A stretch of 64,000 bases of DNA from Octopus bimaculoides (taxonomy: Eukaryota), in contig NC_068981.1 in the NCBI RefSeq assembly GCF_001194135.2, positions 38,483,871-38,547,870 on the forward strand, in the 5' to 3' direction. Under the pieces are notes generated by a model that saw only the letters and a program-made list of their open reading frames with translations, was not told the origin of the DNA and did not search any database. Each line of letters opens with the position of its first letter. The stretch's first letter is position 1. Below are positions 52,635 through 64,000 of this stretch, piece by piece. The position numbers and the translations under genes were made by a program.

Positions 52635-52671
52635 ATGTTATAAAGTAGTATAATTTGCTCTCTTCATATAA
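52635..52671 (-). pseudogene. candidate exon (LYEESKLYYFIT)
   Basis: atttcttgtag acceptor, CAT|GTGAGT donor, phase 0 matching exon 53774. Confidence 0.4.
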
Positions 52672-53254
52672 CTACAAGAAATTTACTCGTTCAAACTAAG
52701 AGAGATCACAGAAATTACGTCCATATAAAAAGTATTCCCTCATCCTTGCATGACATGTAGACTACTATATGTATTACTGTTAGTCATCTCATTTTGTAGT
52801 CCCACTCAGCCAAGGAGAATCTCTGTTTCATAAGTTACATGGTGATTTGTCTAGTGCTGGTGCCATGTAAAAAGCACCCAGTACACTATGTAAAATGATT
52901 GGAATTAGGAAGGTCATCTAGCCATAGAAACTATACCAAAGAAGTAGATATTGGAGAATTTAGTAGTCAGCCAACACAATTTTTCCTCACAAAAAATTAA
53001 TCCCATCTCAGCATGGCAGATGGACATTAAAGGTGGTGAAAATGGAGATGATGATAATAATGATGATAATAGTGCATTAAATATTTTTTAATGGTCAACT
53101 TTCTTAGCAGTAAGGAACATGTTCTCATAAATGGAAGCCCTGTAAAACTTTGGATACAAATCATGATAACTTGCTCAATATTCTAAGCTAGACTATAATA
53201 ACAACTATACTAAGTTCATGTATCTCAGTAATAATTGGTCTCCCTTAAAAAAGG

Positions 53255-53450
53255 CACTGAGCTGGCAGAATCGTTAGCATGCTCAGTAAAATGCTTAACA
53301 GTATTTTGTTCATCTTTACACATTCTGAATTCAAATTCTGCCAAGACTGACTTTGCCTTTCATCCTTTCAGAGTAGCACTTGAGCATTGGGGTCAATTTA
53401 ATCAATTCCATTGAAATTGCTTGCCTTGTGCCAAAATCTGAAACCAATAA
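53255..53450 (+). mobile_element. SINE family A
   Basis: gagctggcagaatcgttagcatgc...gactttgcctttcatcctttc. Confidence 0.8.
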
Positions 53451-53773
53451 TTTGTCTCAAAAATATCTTAAATTTAGAGTCATATTAACAAAAAAAAAAC
53501 AAAAACGCTAGTGTTTGAAGCATTGGTTAATAACTATTTTTTTACTGCAATAAATCAGCTAAGTTTGAATTTGGTTCATTATATTCAGCTTAGAAATATA
53601 AACAGTCACAGAATCATAACACACAGACAAAGAGCAATTTTGCAACCAGGTATTCCAAAGCCAGTAGATGAATAATTTCTGTTGTTTTCATCTCTAAGCA
53701 GGTGTTTTTTTCTTTTCTTTTCTGTACTTCATGAATTCAACTATTTATACACAAAGATATTGATATTACTTAC

Positions 53774-53805
53774 TTTTTTTAGGTTAGGAACAATTATTGC
53801 CAATT
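53774..53805 (-). pseudogene. candidate exon (KLAIIVPNLKK)
   Basis: ttttgttttgtttag acceptor, AAA|GTAAGT donor, phase 1 to 0. Confidence 0.45.
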
Positions 53806-54199
53806 CTAAACAAAACAAAATAAAACAAGAAACTCAGAAACATAAATTTCCATCAGCTGACCAAATAATACTTAGATTTTTTTTATGAAGGTATGTGAAA
53901 AGAAAGAGAAAAGCATATCTGCTAATCTTAAGAAATAAATTGAAATAGACATGTTACGTGTCTTTTGAAGATTTGTAAGGTTAAATAAGATTTGCTTAGT
54001 AAAGTATTAAAAATTGTCTGATTATATTTTACAGCCAAAAATGTTTCCACATAAGATTGAAAACTGTTCTGTCAAAATGAATTTAGAATAGATTAATTTT
54101 CAAATTCAAAGAATTTAGCAAAACTTTTCCATGACTGTAGTTTCTGTCCAGTCTCACTCTTTGACATGCTGTGTAACTATTTTGTACTCCAACTCCAGG

Positions 54200-54950
54200 T
54201 CAACCAAAGCCTTGTGAGTAGATTTGGTAGATGGACGAGAAGAAAGACATGTCGTGTGTATTTGTGAATATATATGTTTTCTCGTCACCTTCTCATGATT
54301 TTGCATGTCAGTTGTAAGCAAGCCTCACTGTCATACAAGCAGTGTTGATCATTTGCAATCTTTCATGAAATCACATTCAACCAGTGTGGTATCCATGCTT
54401 GAAAGACTAAGGGAAGTGTTACCTTAACTGGAAACAGGTGGGATATAGTGACAGGAAGGGCTTCCAGCTGTAAAAATTCAGTATCAACAAATTCTAGTTG
54501 ACCTATGCAATTATGGAAAAGGAGATATTAAAACGTTGATAGTGATCAAAGTAAACTTACCATTAAGCTGATACCTATTTGTAGAGTAGCAATGTGAAGT
54601 GGGTTCCACTGAGTGAGAGACTAGAGAGTAAGAGACTAGTGAGTGAGAGAGAGGTGGCTTTATGGCAGAAGATGAGAGGTTCATATTCAAGTTCTCATCT
54701 CCTAGCGTAAAGCCACTTCCTTGTCAACTGTAGTGTCACTCAAAGGGGATCTTCGTTTACATGCAACCTCACTAGTGCTGGTATCATAAAAAAAAATACA
54801 TCCAGAGCACTCTATAAAATAGTCATACAAACCTTGCCAAAGCAGGCATTTGAGCTTGATGCAGTCCTCTATTCTGTATGATCATTCAATCGATGACAGC
54901 ATGGAACCTAGATGTTAAAAGATCGTGACAATGAAGATGTCTCATTTATA
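54200..54950 (+). mobile_element. adjacent degenerate SINEs with RTE-like tails
   Basis: Family B variant 54200-54545; second element about 54690-54940 similar to 26040-26270 and 52780-53030. Confidence 0.6.
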
Positions 54951-55489
54951 TGTATTTAGTCTTCCTGTAAAATTAGACACAATTGATGGCTCAAAAGCAT
55001 TTTCCAGAAGCTTTAGAGTAAATATTAATTAAACTCTCTAGTTTTGCTCTCCTCCTAGTAGCTCATCCACTCACTAATCCTTTCCAAGTTACCATGCACT
55101 TATACATATATATATATTCATCGTCAACTCCACTAATGAATTTCAAATGAGTTGTGTCTGTCACATTCTTGTTTACATTTTAATAAGTAGAGCTCTACAC
55201 AATCATTCTGAAAAATGGATGGGAGAGATGAGCAAATTATGATAAACTATAAGGATAACAAGTTCTTGGTAGTTCAATTCTCATTTCAAGTTGCTCAGAA
55301 AACTATGTGATCTAATCAGTTTTACAGTAAAACTGAATACATATGGGTATAACTCCTCATCATCATATGTTCCACTTCTTGCACACTTTCTGGATGCCCT
55401 TTCTAACACCAAGCACTACAGAGGTTGTCATGTCCCCAGCAAAAGCAAAGAGCTTTCTCGATCCTATACTCTGCTCATTTTTCAACTAC

Positions 55490-55868
55490 TTTACTCTGTT
55501 ACTCTTTTATTTGTTTCAGACATTTGACTGCGGCCATGCTGGAGCACCACCTTTAGTCGAGCAAATCGACCCCAGTACTTATTCTTTGGGAGCCTAGTAC
55601 TTATTCTATCGGTTCTTTTGCCAAACCACTAAGTTACAGGGATGTAAACACACCACCATCAATTGTCAAGTGATGGTGGGGGGACAAACGCAGACACACA
55701 AACACATATATGTATATATACACATATATACAACAAGCTTCTTTCAGTTTCCGTCTACCAAATCCACTCACAAGGCTTTGGTCGGCCTGAGGCTATAGTA
55801 GAAGACACTTGCCCAAAGTGCCACGCAGTGGGACTGAACCCGGAACCATGTGGTTCGTAAGCAAGCTA
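55490..55868 (-). mobile_element. SINE family B, near full length
   Basis: Reverse complement of 61843-62270. Confidence 0.9.
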
Positions 55869-56099
55869 TATATATCTTCCATGTCCATGCACGCACATAA
55901 AATCTTCTGGCATACAAGTTAGTTGTTACAGGCGAAAGAAAGAGAAGGAAAAATCAGGAGATATTAAGTATGGGGAGGAGAAAGAAAACAGTGGAAAAGA
56001 AGAAAAAGAAAAGAAAAGAAAGAGAACCAGGGAACTAGCAAGAGAAAGGGGGAAATAGATAGGGGCAGTGAGTGTTATATTATGACGCTCAAAAGTAAT

Positions 56100-56333
56100 C
56101 AACAACTTTTGGATACTTCATATAGTTTGCACAACAAACACATAAAAACACACACGTAAAATTACATGTATATCTCCATAAGTATAAATATACATACAAA
56201 TATACACACATATGGATACGCAAACAAATATACAAAAATATGTATGCAAATACATGCTCACATATATAAAAGTATACACACATATACATACACATTTATA
56301 TATGTATGCATATATATATGTATTTATATGCAT

Positions 56334-56372
<39 letters not shown>

Positions 56373-56490
56373 TTCACACACGCATATGTATACACACATG
56401 CAAATACATGCATATACATACATATACATACCTACAAAACATGCATACGCCTAAATATATAGGGACATATCTACATTATAATGTATATAT
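56100..56490. repeat. compound CA/TA low-complexity tract
   Basis: Degenerate (CATA)/(CA)/(TA) repeats. Confidence 0.9.
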
Positions 56491-56776
56491 GCAAAGAACT
56501 TTAAAAAACTGTTTGGTGTGGTGTATAATATTAAAATGTAAAATAAAGAAATTATACATTAATTTGATGTAACATAATTAAATACGTGAGTAAAAATAAA
56601 AATTAAAATAAACCCTGGTGAAGCTTAAGCTTATAATTAAATTTATAAAACAGTTGAAGGCTTTCTTAAAAATAAAGTTGAAATATACATTAGCATTGCA
56701 ATGCAAAATAACTATACCGTGTAAAGTTAAATTCAAACGTGACAGTCAAAAAATATATTTTGAAAGTCAAAACATT

Positions 56777-57240
56777 TTATACATACAGTATTTTGTTGGT
56801 TGACATTTTAAATTTTGTGGCGTGCCTGCAGGAATTTAAGAGCTCGCATCTCTGGTTCAAGGCATTTTTATCCTGGAACAAAATGAAGAACTTTACTGAT
56901 AGGCAAAGATTACATTTCATAGGTCTTTTATAAGCTCCATGTCTGTATGCTGATGCTTGTACTAGAATTTTCCAGGTTACGCTGAAAGGACAGGTGTCAT
57001 TCTCTTTAAATTCCCAGACATGCTTTGCAAGACTAGTCGCTGTCATGTTCTCGGGGTATTGGAAAGAATTTTGGTGGGAATAGAATTGAGTCTTGAATGA
57101 ATTCCCTGAAACCCCTGTATATGTTTTATATTCTTGCGAGCCATCTACTTGAACTTTGACTCTATAAACAATACCCTTTTCAAGACATTTTCTTTCCAAC
57201 AAGCAGCAAATCTCATCTTTTCAGATGCAGTTCCTCAGAT
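56777..57240 (-). mobile_element. Penelope-like element GIY-YIG endonuclease region
   Basis: Open 141-codon frame: KCLEKGIVY...YTG...FK...H..SF, W.I...A..Y, CNLCL..K, LNQR.ELLNSCRH..KF. Confidence 0.9.
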
Positions 57241-57569
57241 TAGATTCACATACACACGTTATTGTAGTTGTCTGTAATAATTTTTATGTTATGCTGGCTA
57301 ATAAAGGAGGTGAAGTTTTTGCAACAAGAAAAGCTAACCTTCAGCATTCTCCTTTTAAATATTCTATAGAACTTATGGCTAGATTGAAAATGCTTAGAAA
57401 CTAATTTTAAGAATTCCCTATATTAGTTTTTACAGCCATATTGAATGCAGGGTTAAACCACAAGACTGTTAGTTGAAAGGACCAATGAAACAAAACCATT
57501 TTCAAATGAGTATCTATTAAACTAATTGTATATGTTTGCTCCTAACCTTATTTTTGTTCCATTCTAAAC

Positions 57570-57615
57570 AAAACTGTCCGACGAATGGTAATTTGAAACT
57601 CTGAGTAACAGTTTT
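57570..57615 (+). ncRNA. degenerate minimal type I hammerhead ribozyme
   Basis: aaaactgt-CCGACGA-atggtaattt-GAAA-ctctgag-TA-acagtttt: perfect 8-bp helix I, palindromic helix III, one core mismatch. Confidence 0.6.
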
Positions 57616-57656
57616 TGTGATATTTCTGATGCTTTTTAATAATACATAGATATATA

Positions 57657-57689
<33 letters not shown>

Positions 57690-57774
57690 NNNNNNNNNNN
57701 NNNNNNNNNNNNNNNNNNNNNNNNNNNNNNNNNNNNNNNNNNNNNNNNNNNNNNNNNNNNNNNNNNNNNNNNNN
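57690..57774. other. assembly gap
   Basis: Run of N within (TA)n. Confidence 1.
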
Positions 57775-57777
57775 ATA

Positions 57778-58020
57778 TATACTCTTTTACTCTCTTTTTA
57801 CTCTTTTACTTGTTTCAGTCATTTGATTGCGGCCATGCTGGTGCACCACCTTTAGTCGAGCTAATCGACCCCAGGACTTATTCTTTGTAAGCCTAGTACT
57901 TATTCTATCGGTCTCTTTTTTTTTGCCAAACCGCTAAGTTACGGGACGTAAACACACCAGCATCGGTTGTCAAACGATGGTGGGGGAACAAATACAGACA
58001 CACAAACACACATACATATA
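57778..58020 (-). mobile_element. SINE family B 3' half
   Basis: Close match to 55490-55700. Confidence 0.9.
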
Positions 58021-58023
58021 TAC

Positions 58024-58054
<31 letters not shown>

Positions 58055-58579
58055 CACATGGTAATATATTACTTATCTGTTCTACTTTCTGGGGTTTTAC
58101 AGAGAAAGAGTTGTCATTGCATGAAATTTAACAATTAATTTGCACTTAATATTTTAGCATTTTCTGATAATACCTGACCTATATTTTCTGCTTAATAATA
58201 TCTCTTTGTCCTGAGAACCTTTAGAGAACAACTTCAATCTTCTTTTTTTTTTTTTTTCAATTATTAGTTCTTACATTTTTCGTTTACACTTATTTTTCTC
58301 CCTTTGTCTTAGCTAAAAGCATTTTAAAATTGCCTCCAGCATAGCATTTTATCTTCCTCTAAGATATGTTATTTGTGGTTACATCATTGTTCTATGAAAT
58401 ACAGTTTTCTTGAATTTTTTTTTTATTTTGCTCACTCCATGAGGGTTATATATCATTTCCATTAATCTTCTTATGTGCTTTTCCCTTTCTGCTCTTTTAC
58501 CTACATCTGTACATTTCTTCTAAGCTCTCACATTTTCTTTCACCTCGAAACATATATGTATATTTATATAGTAATACAC

Positions 58580-58582
58580 ACA

Positions 58583-58646
<64 letters not shown>

Positions 58647-58671
58647 NNNNNNNNNNTATATATATATATAT

Positions 58672-58725
<54 letters not shown>
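58580..58725. repeat. (CA)n(TA)n-gap-(GATA)n compound microsatellite
   Basis: Direct reading; N at 58647-58656. Confidence 0.95.
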
Positions 58726-59130
58726 TCTAAAAGCATGCATTAGTGTTTATGTATTTGACAACCTATCCTAGGATATAGATTTCTATGTAACTAACATTTT
58801 CATTAATAGATGGCTTGAGACTCAAGGCAGCTACTTATTTTCAGAGAACATTCGTATGCCTTTTAGAAGAAATTTAATTTCAAAACTTGAGATAAGTTCA
58901 GTTGTCTACAGGTAGTAAACCAGTACTAGTAACAACAGTTCTGTTGAAACAACTTACAGAGATCCTAGGTGCAATAGTTTGTATCTAATTATGAGAACTA
59001 AGCTTTGAATCTGAAAAAAATCTATTAACAATTTGGCCCATCTTTCAACAAAAAGGTACCATGTGATGATCTATTTGTCTGTTAATGGGAGCCAAAATAC
59101 TGTGTGAGAGTCAAGTATTTAAATACTTAC

Positions 59131-59230
59131 TCCTAAGCCCAATTTTCCTACGAACAATCCTTTGATATTCTACCCATAAATGACCTATCATTTACTCAGA
59201 GCCATAAAAGCTGGCATATGTTCCTTCAGG
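59131..59230 (-). pseudogene. exon-like segment with one in-frame TAA (PEGTYASFYGSE*MIGHLWVEYQRIVRRKIGLR)
   Basis: attgttgcag acceptor, GGA|GTAAGT donor, phase 0 to 1 matching exon 53805. Confidence 0.5.
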
Positions 59231-59457
59231 CTGCAACAATTGCTGATAAAATGTATAAATAAGATAGTATGTAATAGGATATCCTATTGTATATAGTTAC
59301 AGCAATAACAAATATTGTGTTATTGCAGACTGAGTTTAACAATAAAGAAATAACTATTCCACATTCAGAAGCAGAATCAACTTTTTGGTCAGTGTGGGAC
59401 TACAGTAGAAGAAACTTGCCCCAGGTACCATACAGTGAGAGTGAACCTGGAACTGTA

Positions 59458-60018
59458 AGAGAGCTGATCAAAAAGTATCAGGACTAAGATGATAAAAACA
59501 AAGCTACCATACATATCAATTCAGCATTTAAACTCCTTTGAAGTAGCTCCTTTCTAAAGCTACGCATTTTCTCTAAGGTTTCCATTGATAGAAGCATTCC
59601 CGGAAATCCATTTTTGGGGATAACAAGCAGCTGCCTCATCACATTCTCTTGGATTTCGTCGATGTCTTGAAATCTTGTTCCTCTCAAGTGTGATTTGATT
59701 TTTGCCTTGGTTATGGGGTCATAGCCACAGACCCACAATCCGTCACCTGTTATGACTGCTTTCAGAATGTTTTTGCCTTACTCATCACAATGGAAATCTT
59801 GTGCAGCTGAAACCTCATCATTTTGAGATGATCACACTCAACACACTTTATTTCTAAGCACTGCTGTAAACAAACAACAGAAGAGAGCAAGAACATTATA
59901 GCTTAATGTGCATGCAGAACAGAGTTCAAGTTTAATCTGTGCCAAGCTACTTCACTCTATGTACTTTAGCTCTGTTGAAATAGCAACAATTTCAATACAT
60001 TTTTGATTAAACCTCATA
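59458..60018 (-). mobile_element. internally deleted mariner
   Basis: WVCGYDP.TK fused directly to KSHLRGTRFQDIDEIQEN; degenerate TIRs (tgatcaaaaagtatc / attttgattaaacctc). Confidence 0.75.
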
Positions 60019-60404
60019 TGGTTTGGAAGCATGCTTCTTAACCATACATACATACATACAAACATACATACATACATACATACATACATACATACATACA
60101 TACATGCATGCATACATATATACACACATACATGCATGTATGTATGTATGTATGTATGTATGTTCGCTACCAAGAATACCCATATATCAGAGAAAGATGT
60201 ATGAAGTATGAAGAGTGGATGAGAAGAGATTCACAAATTCAACAAAACTTAGAAAATGCAGTTTTTCTCTTACTGAAGCCATATGCTGGGATGTAGCCAC
60301 AATAGATAATGGGATACTACCAAACCACAAGAGAAGATAAAGCTAGATTACAGAATTGAGTACAAATTATCAAAAATTATCAAAAATATAAATTAGAATC
60401 TTCA

Positions 60405-60868
60405 CTGCCTCACCGAGGCGATGACTACGGACCGAGACCTTTGGAAATGGGCTGTGCGTGAGAAGACCCGGCAAGCCAAGTAAGATCGTTGCCGGTGCCC
60501 CTGGACTGGTTCTTGTGCGGGTGGCACATGAGATGCACCATTTTGAGCGTGGCCGTTGCCAGTACCGCCTGACTGGCTCCTGTAGGATTTTCGAGCGAGA
60601 GCGTTGCCAGTGCCCCTGGACTGGCTTGTGCGGGTGGCACATAAAAGACACCATTTCGAGCGTGGCCGTTTTCGTGCGGGTGACACGTAAAAGCACCCAC
60701 TACACTCTCTGAGTGGTTGGCGTTAGGAAGGGCATCCAGCTGTAGAAACTCTGCCAAATCGGACTGGAGCCTGGTGTTGCCATCCGGTTTCACCAGTCCT
60801 CAGTCAAATCGTCCAACCCATGCTAGCATGGAAAGCGGACGTTAAACGATGATGATGATGATGATGAC
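60405..60868 (+). mobile_element. young 5'-truncated RTE insertion
   Basis: CpG-rich copy of the RTE 3' end with repeated 3'UTR units and (GAT)n tail. Confidence 0.9.
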
Positions 60869-61379
60869 TGCCATAAAATTATTGTATAACAAATGTGTAT
60901 TTGGCAATCTTTTATCAAAAGATACACAGAATGTTTCGATATTTCACCATCACTTATTTACTTATACTTACCAGCTATATATTGTGGTAATTCTATTTCT
61001 TAATTTAGCATCAATGCATTTGTAATTCGAGCTTTCAGTCAAATGCAACTTGCCATTTGAAAGATTTAGTAAATATCACTTTTAATGGAAAAAATTATAT
61101 CACTGATAGAAGCAGCTAGACGTAAGATTAAATTTAAAAAGAAAAAAAGATGAAAGAACATTCAGTTATGCTATCTATGTACAAATCTCAAAGTTATTGT
61201 CTACTGGTACAAATTTATTGATGAATGGGAGTGCAGAAGCAAGCTAACAAATCATCTGATATGTAGCGAGCAAGTTACATACCAGATGATTTAGTTGCAG
61301 AATGTTATAGTAGAAAGGCATTTGGCAAATTGTTTCATGCTACATAGTAAAAAATTGTAAATATTAATTACAGCTTGAT

Positions 61380-61810
61380 CAAGCAGTCACAACTGAGATG
61401 TATTCCACAACACTGCATCAGGAATTTTTGCCCTGTCATTGGCTTTAGAAGGTCCTCAATTTTATGTTGAGTGGTCTTCATCCTCCATTAGGTTGCAAAA
61501 GTCTCAAAAATATAACACCTGATGTGGCCTCATTTTCAGCACAGTAGTATTAGCTATCAAAGCTTGCTCTCCATTAAGCAACAATAGTAGAGATGAATGG
61601 AATATGGCCATAGATTTCTTGGGTCACATGCTCATGCCATGAAGATATTTTGAGCCCTCATGAGAAGCCTATTGTATGTATCATGAAATAAATCTTAAAA
61701 CTCCTTCATAGTCCAGATTTCAGAATCATGGAAAAGGATGCCATGCAGAATGGAAGTGCTGTTGATTTTGAAATACTTGGCTGCCTGATTTTGTGACATT
61801 CGTTAACTAC
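61380..61810 (-). mobile_element. RTE/RTEX-clade LINE C-terminal fragment
   Basis: HDSEIWTM, TYNRLLMRAQN, SWHEHVT.EIYGHIPFIS motifs. Confidence 0.7.
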
Positions 61811-61842
61811 AAAATTGTTGTATTTAATAAATTCACATTAGA

Positions 61843-62270
61843 CACAGGAGTGGCTGTGTGTTAAGAAGCTTGCTTCCCAACCACATGGTTCTGGGTTCAG
61901 TCCCACTGTGTAACACTTTGGGAAAGTGTCTTCTACAATAGCTTAGGTTGACCAAGCCTTGTGAGTGGATTTGGTAGATGGAAACTGAAAGAAGCCCATC
62001 GTATATATACATATATATTTTTATATGTGTGTTTCTGTGTCTGTGTTAATTCCCCCACCATTGCTTGACAACTGATGTTGGTGTGTTTACATCCCCATAA
62101 CTTAGCAGTTTGGTAAAAGAGACCAATAGAATAAGTACTAGGCTTACAAAGAATAAGATCTGTGGTCAATTTGTTTGACTAAAGGTGGTGATCCAGCATG
62201 GCCACAATGGTAGAGCATCTGCAAAGCTTATTTACTAATTCAACTGAAACAAGTAAAAAGAATAAAAGAA
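61843..62270 (+). mobile_element. SINE family B, full length
   Basis: tRNA-like head (ggagtggctgtgtgttaagaag...gggttcagtccc) through the aaaaga tail. Confidence 0.9.
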
Positions 62271-62399
62271 AAGAATTAAGTTCAATATTCTTTGTGTATC
62301 AAATCTAGACCACCGATGTGTCAATAAAGGTAAAAGATCATTAATAATCTAAGTTTAATGACACACATTGTTACTTCCTAAGAAATGAGACAGACAAGA

Positions 62400-63200
62400 A
62401 GTATTTTAATACACGGTAAATAATTAACAATGGAGCTTGGATATTGAACATGAAATGTCAAAGCTCCAAAATTCTCAGTAAATGTCAATAGAGAATATGA
62501 CAATAAACAGTCCATTAGAGAAATAAGTAATTGTGGTACTTGAGGAAGATAAAATATAAGGGGTCAGAATATGTCTGGGTTGAGTTTATTTGTTGGTATT
62601 GAAAGAGCAAAACAAGTGATAAACTCTTTGGTGTTTGAAAAATATTTCTTTTGATGCTTTTGGCTGCTGGTTACTACTTTAAGGCAATGATTTCAAACAT
62701 TGAAGGAGCTGACTTTTGCTTGTACAGCAATAACCATTGAGGGTGTCCAGCTCTTGAACTTTTGGAAGATAGACAGATTAATGGCAGATCAAAAGGGATT
62801 ATATTATTTAGATTTTGAGCAACATCAATAGTGTTAAGAGAAGTTGGAAAGCAAAGGCAAATAAATTATGGTTTAGAAGGTTTGATGTTAAGTGCTTCAA
62901 AGTGTCAAGGAACTGATCAGGTATATCTATAGAAAAAGATTAGTGCAAATCATTGACAAAACAAGTGGTGATACCTGCATAAAAAATGCAAAAGTTATTA
63001 GGGATTTGCTGAAGTCAGTTAGATCTGATGGATTAGAGTGTTAAAAGAATGAGCAGCTGTTGAGAGATTTTATATTCTTGATGTAGGAAGTGGATGTGGT
63101 TGAGCAAGTCTATGGAACAGTAGAGAAAGCAGATCATTTTCCAGAGAAGTGGGAAAATGACACTTTAGATAAGACTGGAATTCATTATAGTTAGATGTTG
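62400..63200 (-). mobile_element. degenerate CR1/Jockey-like RT fragment
   Basis: Remnants resembling SNPS(NYRP), G.PQ and FN..KTQ in broken frames. Confidence 0.4.
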
Positions 63201-63289
63201 AATGGAGAATGGGCATGTATGTATATTTCTCACATACAATATGATTACACCTACACACCATCCTCCTACACTACCCCATACCACTAATC

Positions 63290-63620
63290 TCCCATACTTA
63301 CACAACTCCATATACACTCCTCCCAAAACACCACATGTACCTTATACTACCACACATACACACTCACACACACCTCCCCCAAATCAATCTCTATACACAG
63401 ATAACCCTCTACACTTTCACACTCTATATCTTCTCTTCCCCTTTTCCTTAAAATCGCATTCCTACTTGACACCTTACGTTTTTCTTCCAAATGCTTTTTC
63501 TCATTCTTTTTACTTTTCCCATCATCTTTTCTCATTCTCTGTTTTTCTGATGATGGACTTGTTTCTGAAACGTTGAAAGTCTTTCCCTTCCTCTTAAGCA
63601 TTTAACTAATACATATGTTA
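63290..63620 (+). mobile_element. low-complexity element ending in a hammerhead-like motif
   Basis: CA/CT-rich body, then CTGATGA...GAAACGTT at 63547-63574. Confidence 0.4.
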
Positions 63621-64000
63621 AAACTTGTCCCTTCCAAACAGTCTCCTTTTGTGTACATTGCCTAATATATAGACATCAACTCTCATTTCAATTTAATCCA
63701 TTCCAGTGCATTACTTCTACTTATTTTATTGACTGCATTATAATAACAGGAAGTTGGGATTTGAACTCAAAGCAATGGTGATAGATATCAGCAGATAAAA
63801 CTAAGCATTGATACAAGTGTACTATTAACTTCTCCATCTTTTCCAAAATAGATAAATGAAATAGTTAACATGTACCATTCACTGTGTTTTAGGTAAAAAG
63901 TGTATTTATAGCCCTAGCTTGGTACAGCAGCATTCTGCCAATAAACATGCTTTGCAGCTATAAAGTAATATTGATTTATTGATAATAAAATAAACCCAAA

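Noticed and set aside
52635-52671. Naming the minus-strand gene from short motif resemblances
   Set aside because: Remembered similarities were only a few residues long and not colinear, so no symbol was assigned
56089-56572. Several overlapping ORFs
   Set aside because: Low-complexity CA/TA repeats
60045-60165. Inverted (CATA)n/(TATG)n hairpin
   Set aside because: Common microsatellite polarity switch beside a SINE head
61080-61660. Long stop-punctuated plus-strand frame
   Set aside because: Largely explained as the antisense of an RTEX-type LINE fragment
61843-61920. tRNA gene
   Set aside because: tRNA-like head of a multi-copy SINE with no complete cloverleaf

Overview
AT-rich, microsatellite-dense eukaryotic DNA with four assembly gaps. 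The repeat landscape (several tRNA-derived SINE families, RTE LINEs with (GAT)n tails) resembles what I recognise from octopus/coleoid genomes; this taxon call is inference. No intact, nameable protein-coding gene or canonical rRNA/tRNA gene is evident, and most ORF-track entries are microsatellite or transposon artefacts. Recognisable content: (1) many transposon relics (RTE and RTEX LINEs, two R4/Dong-like LINE pieces, CR1/Jockey-like fragments, a Penelope-like GIY-YIG ORF with a nearby degenerate hammerhead ribozyme, a full-length and a deleted mariner, MITEs including two Merlin-like palindromes with telomeric repeats and 8-bp TSDs); (2) a CpG-rich 2.5-5.4 kb zone with promoter motifs and strong hairpins; (3) a chain of minus-strand exon-like segments from about 59.2 kb to 10.3 kb with GT-AG sites, largely compatible phases and scattered in-frame stops, best read as a decaying multi-exon gene of unknown identity. 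All translations, phases and pairings were done by eye; transposon boundaries are approximate.
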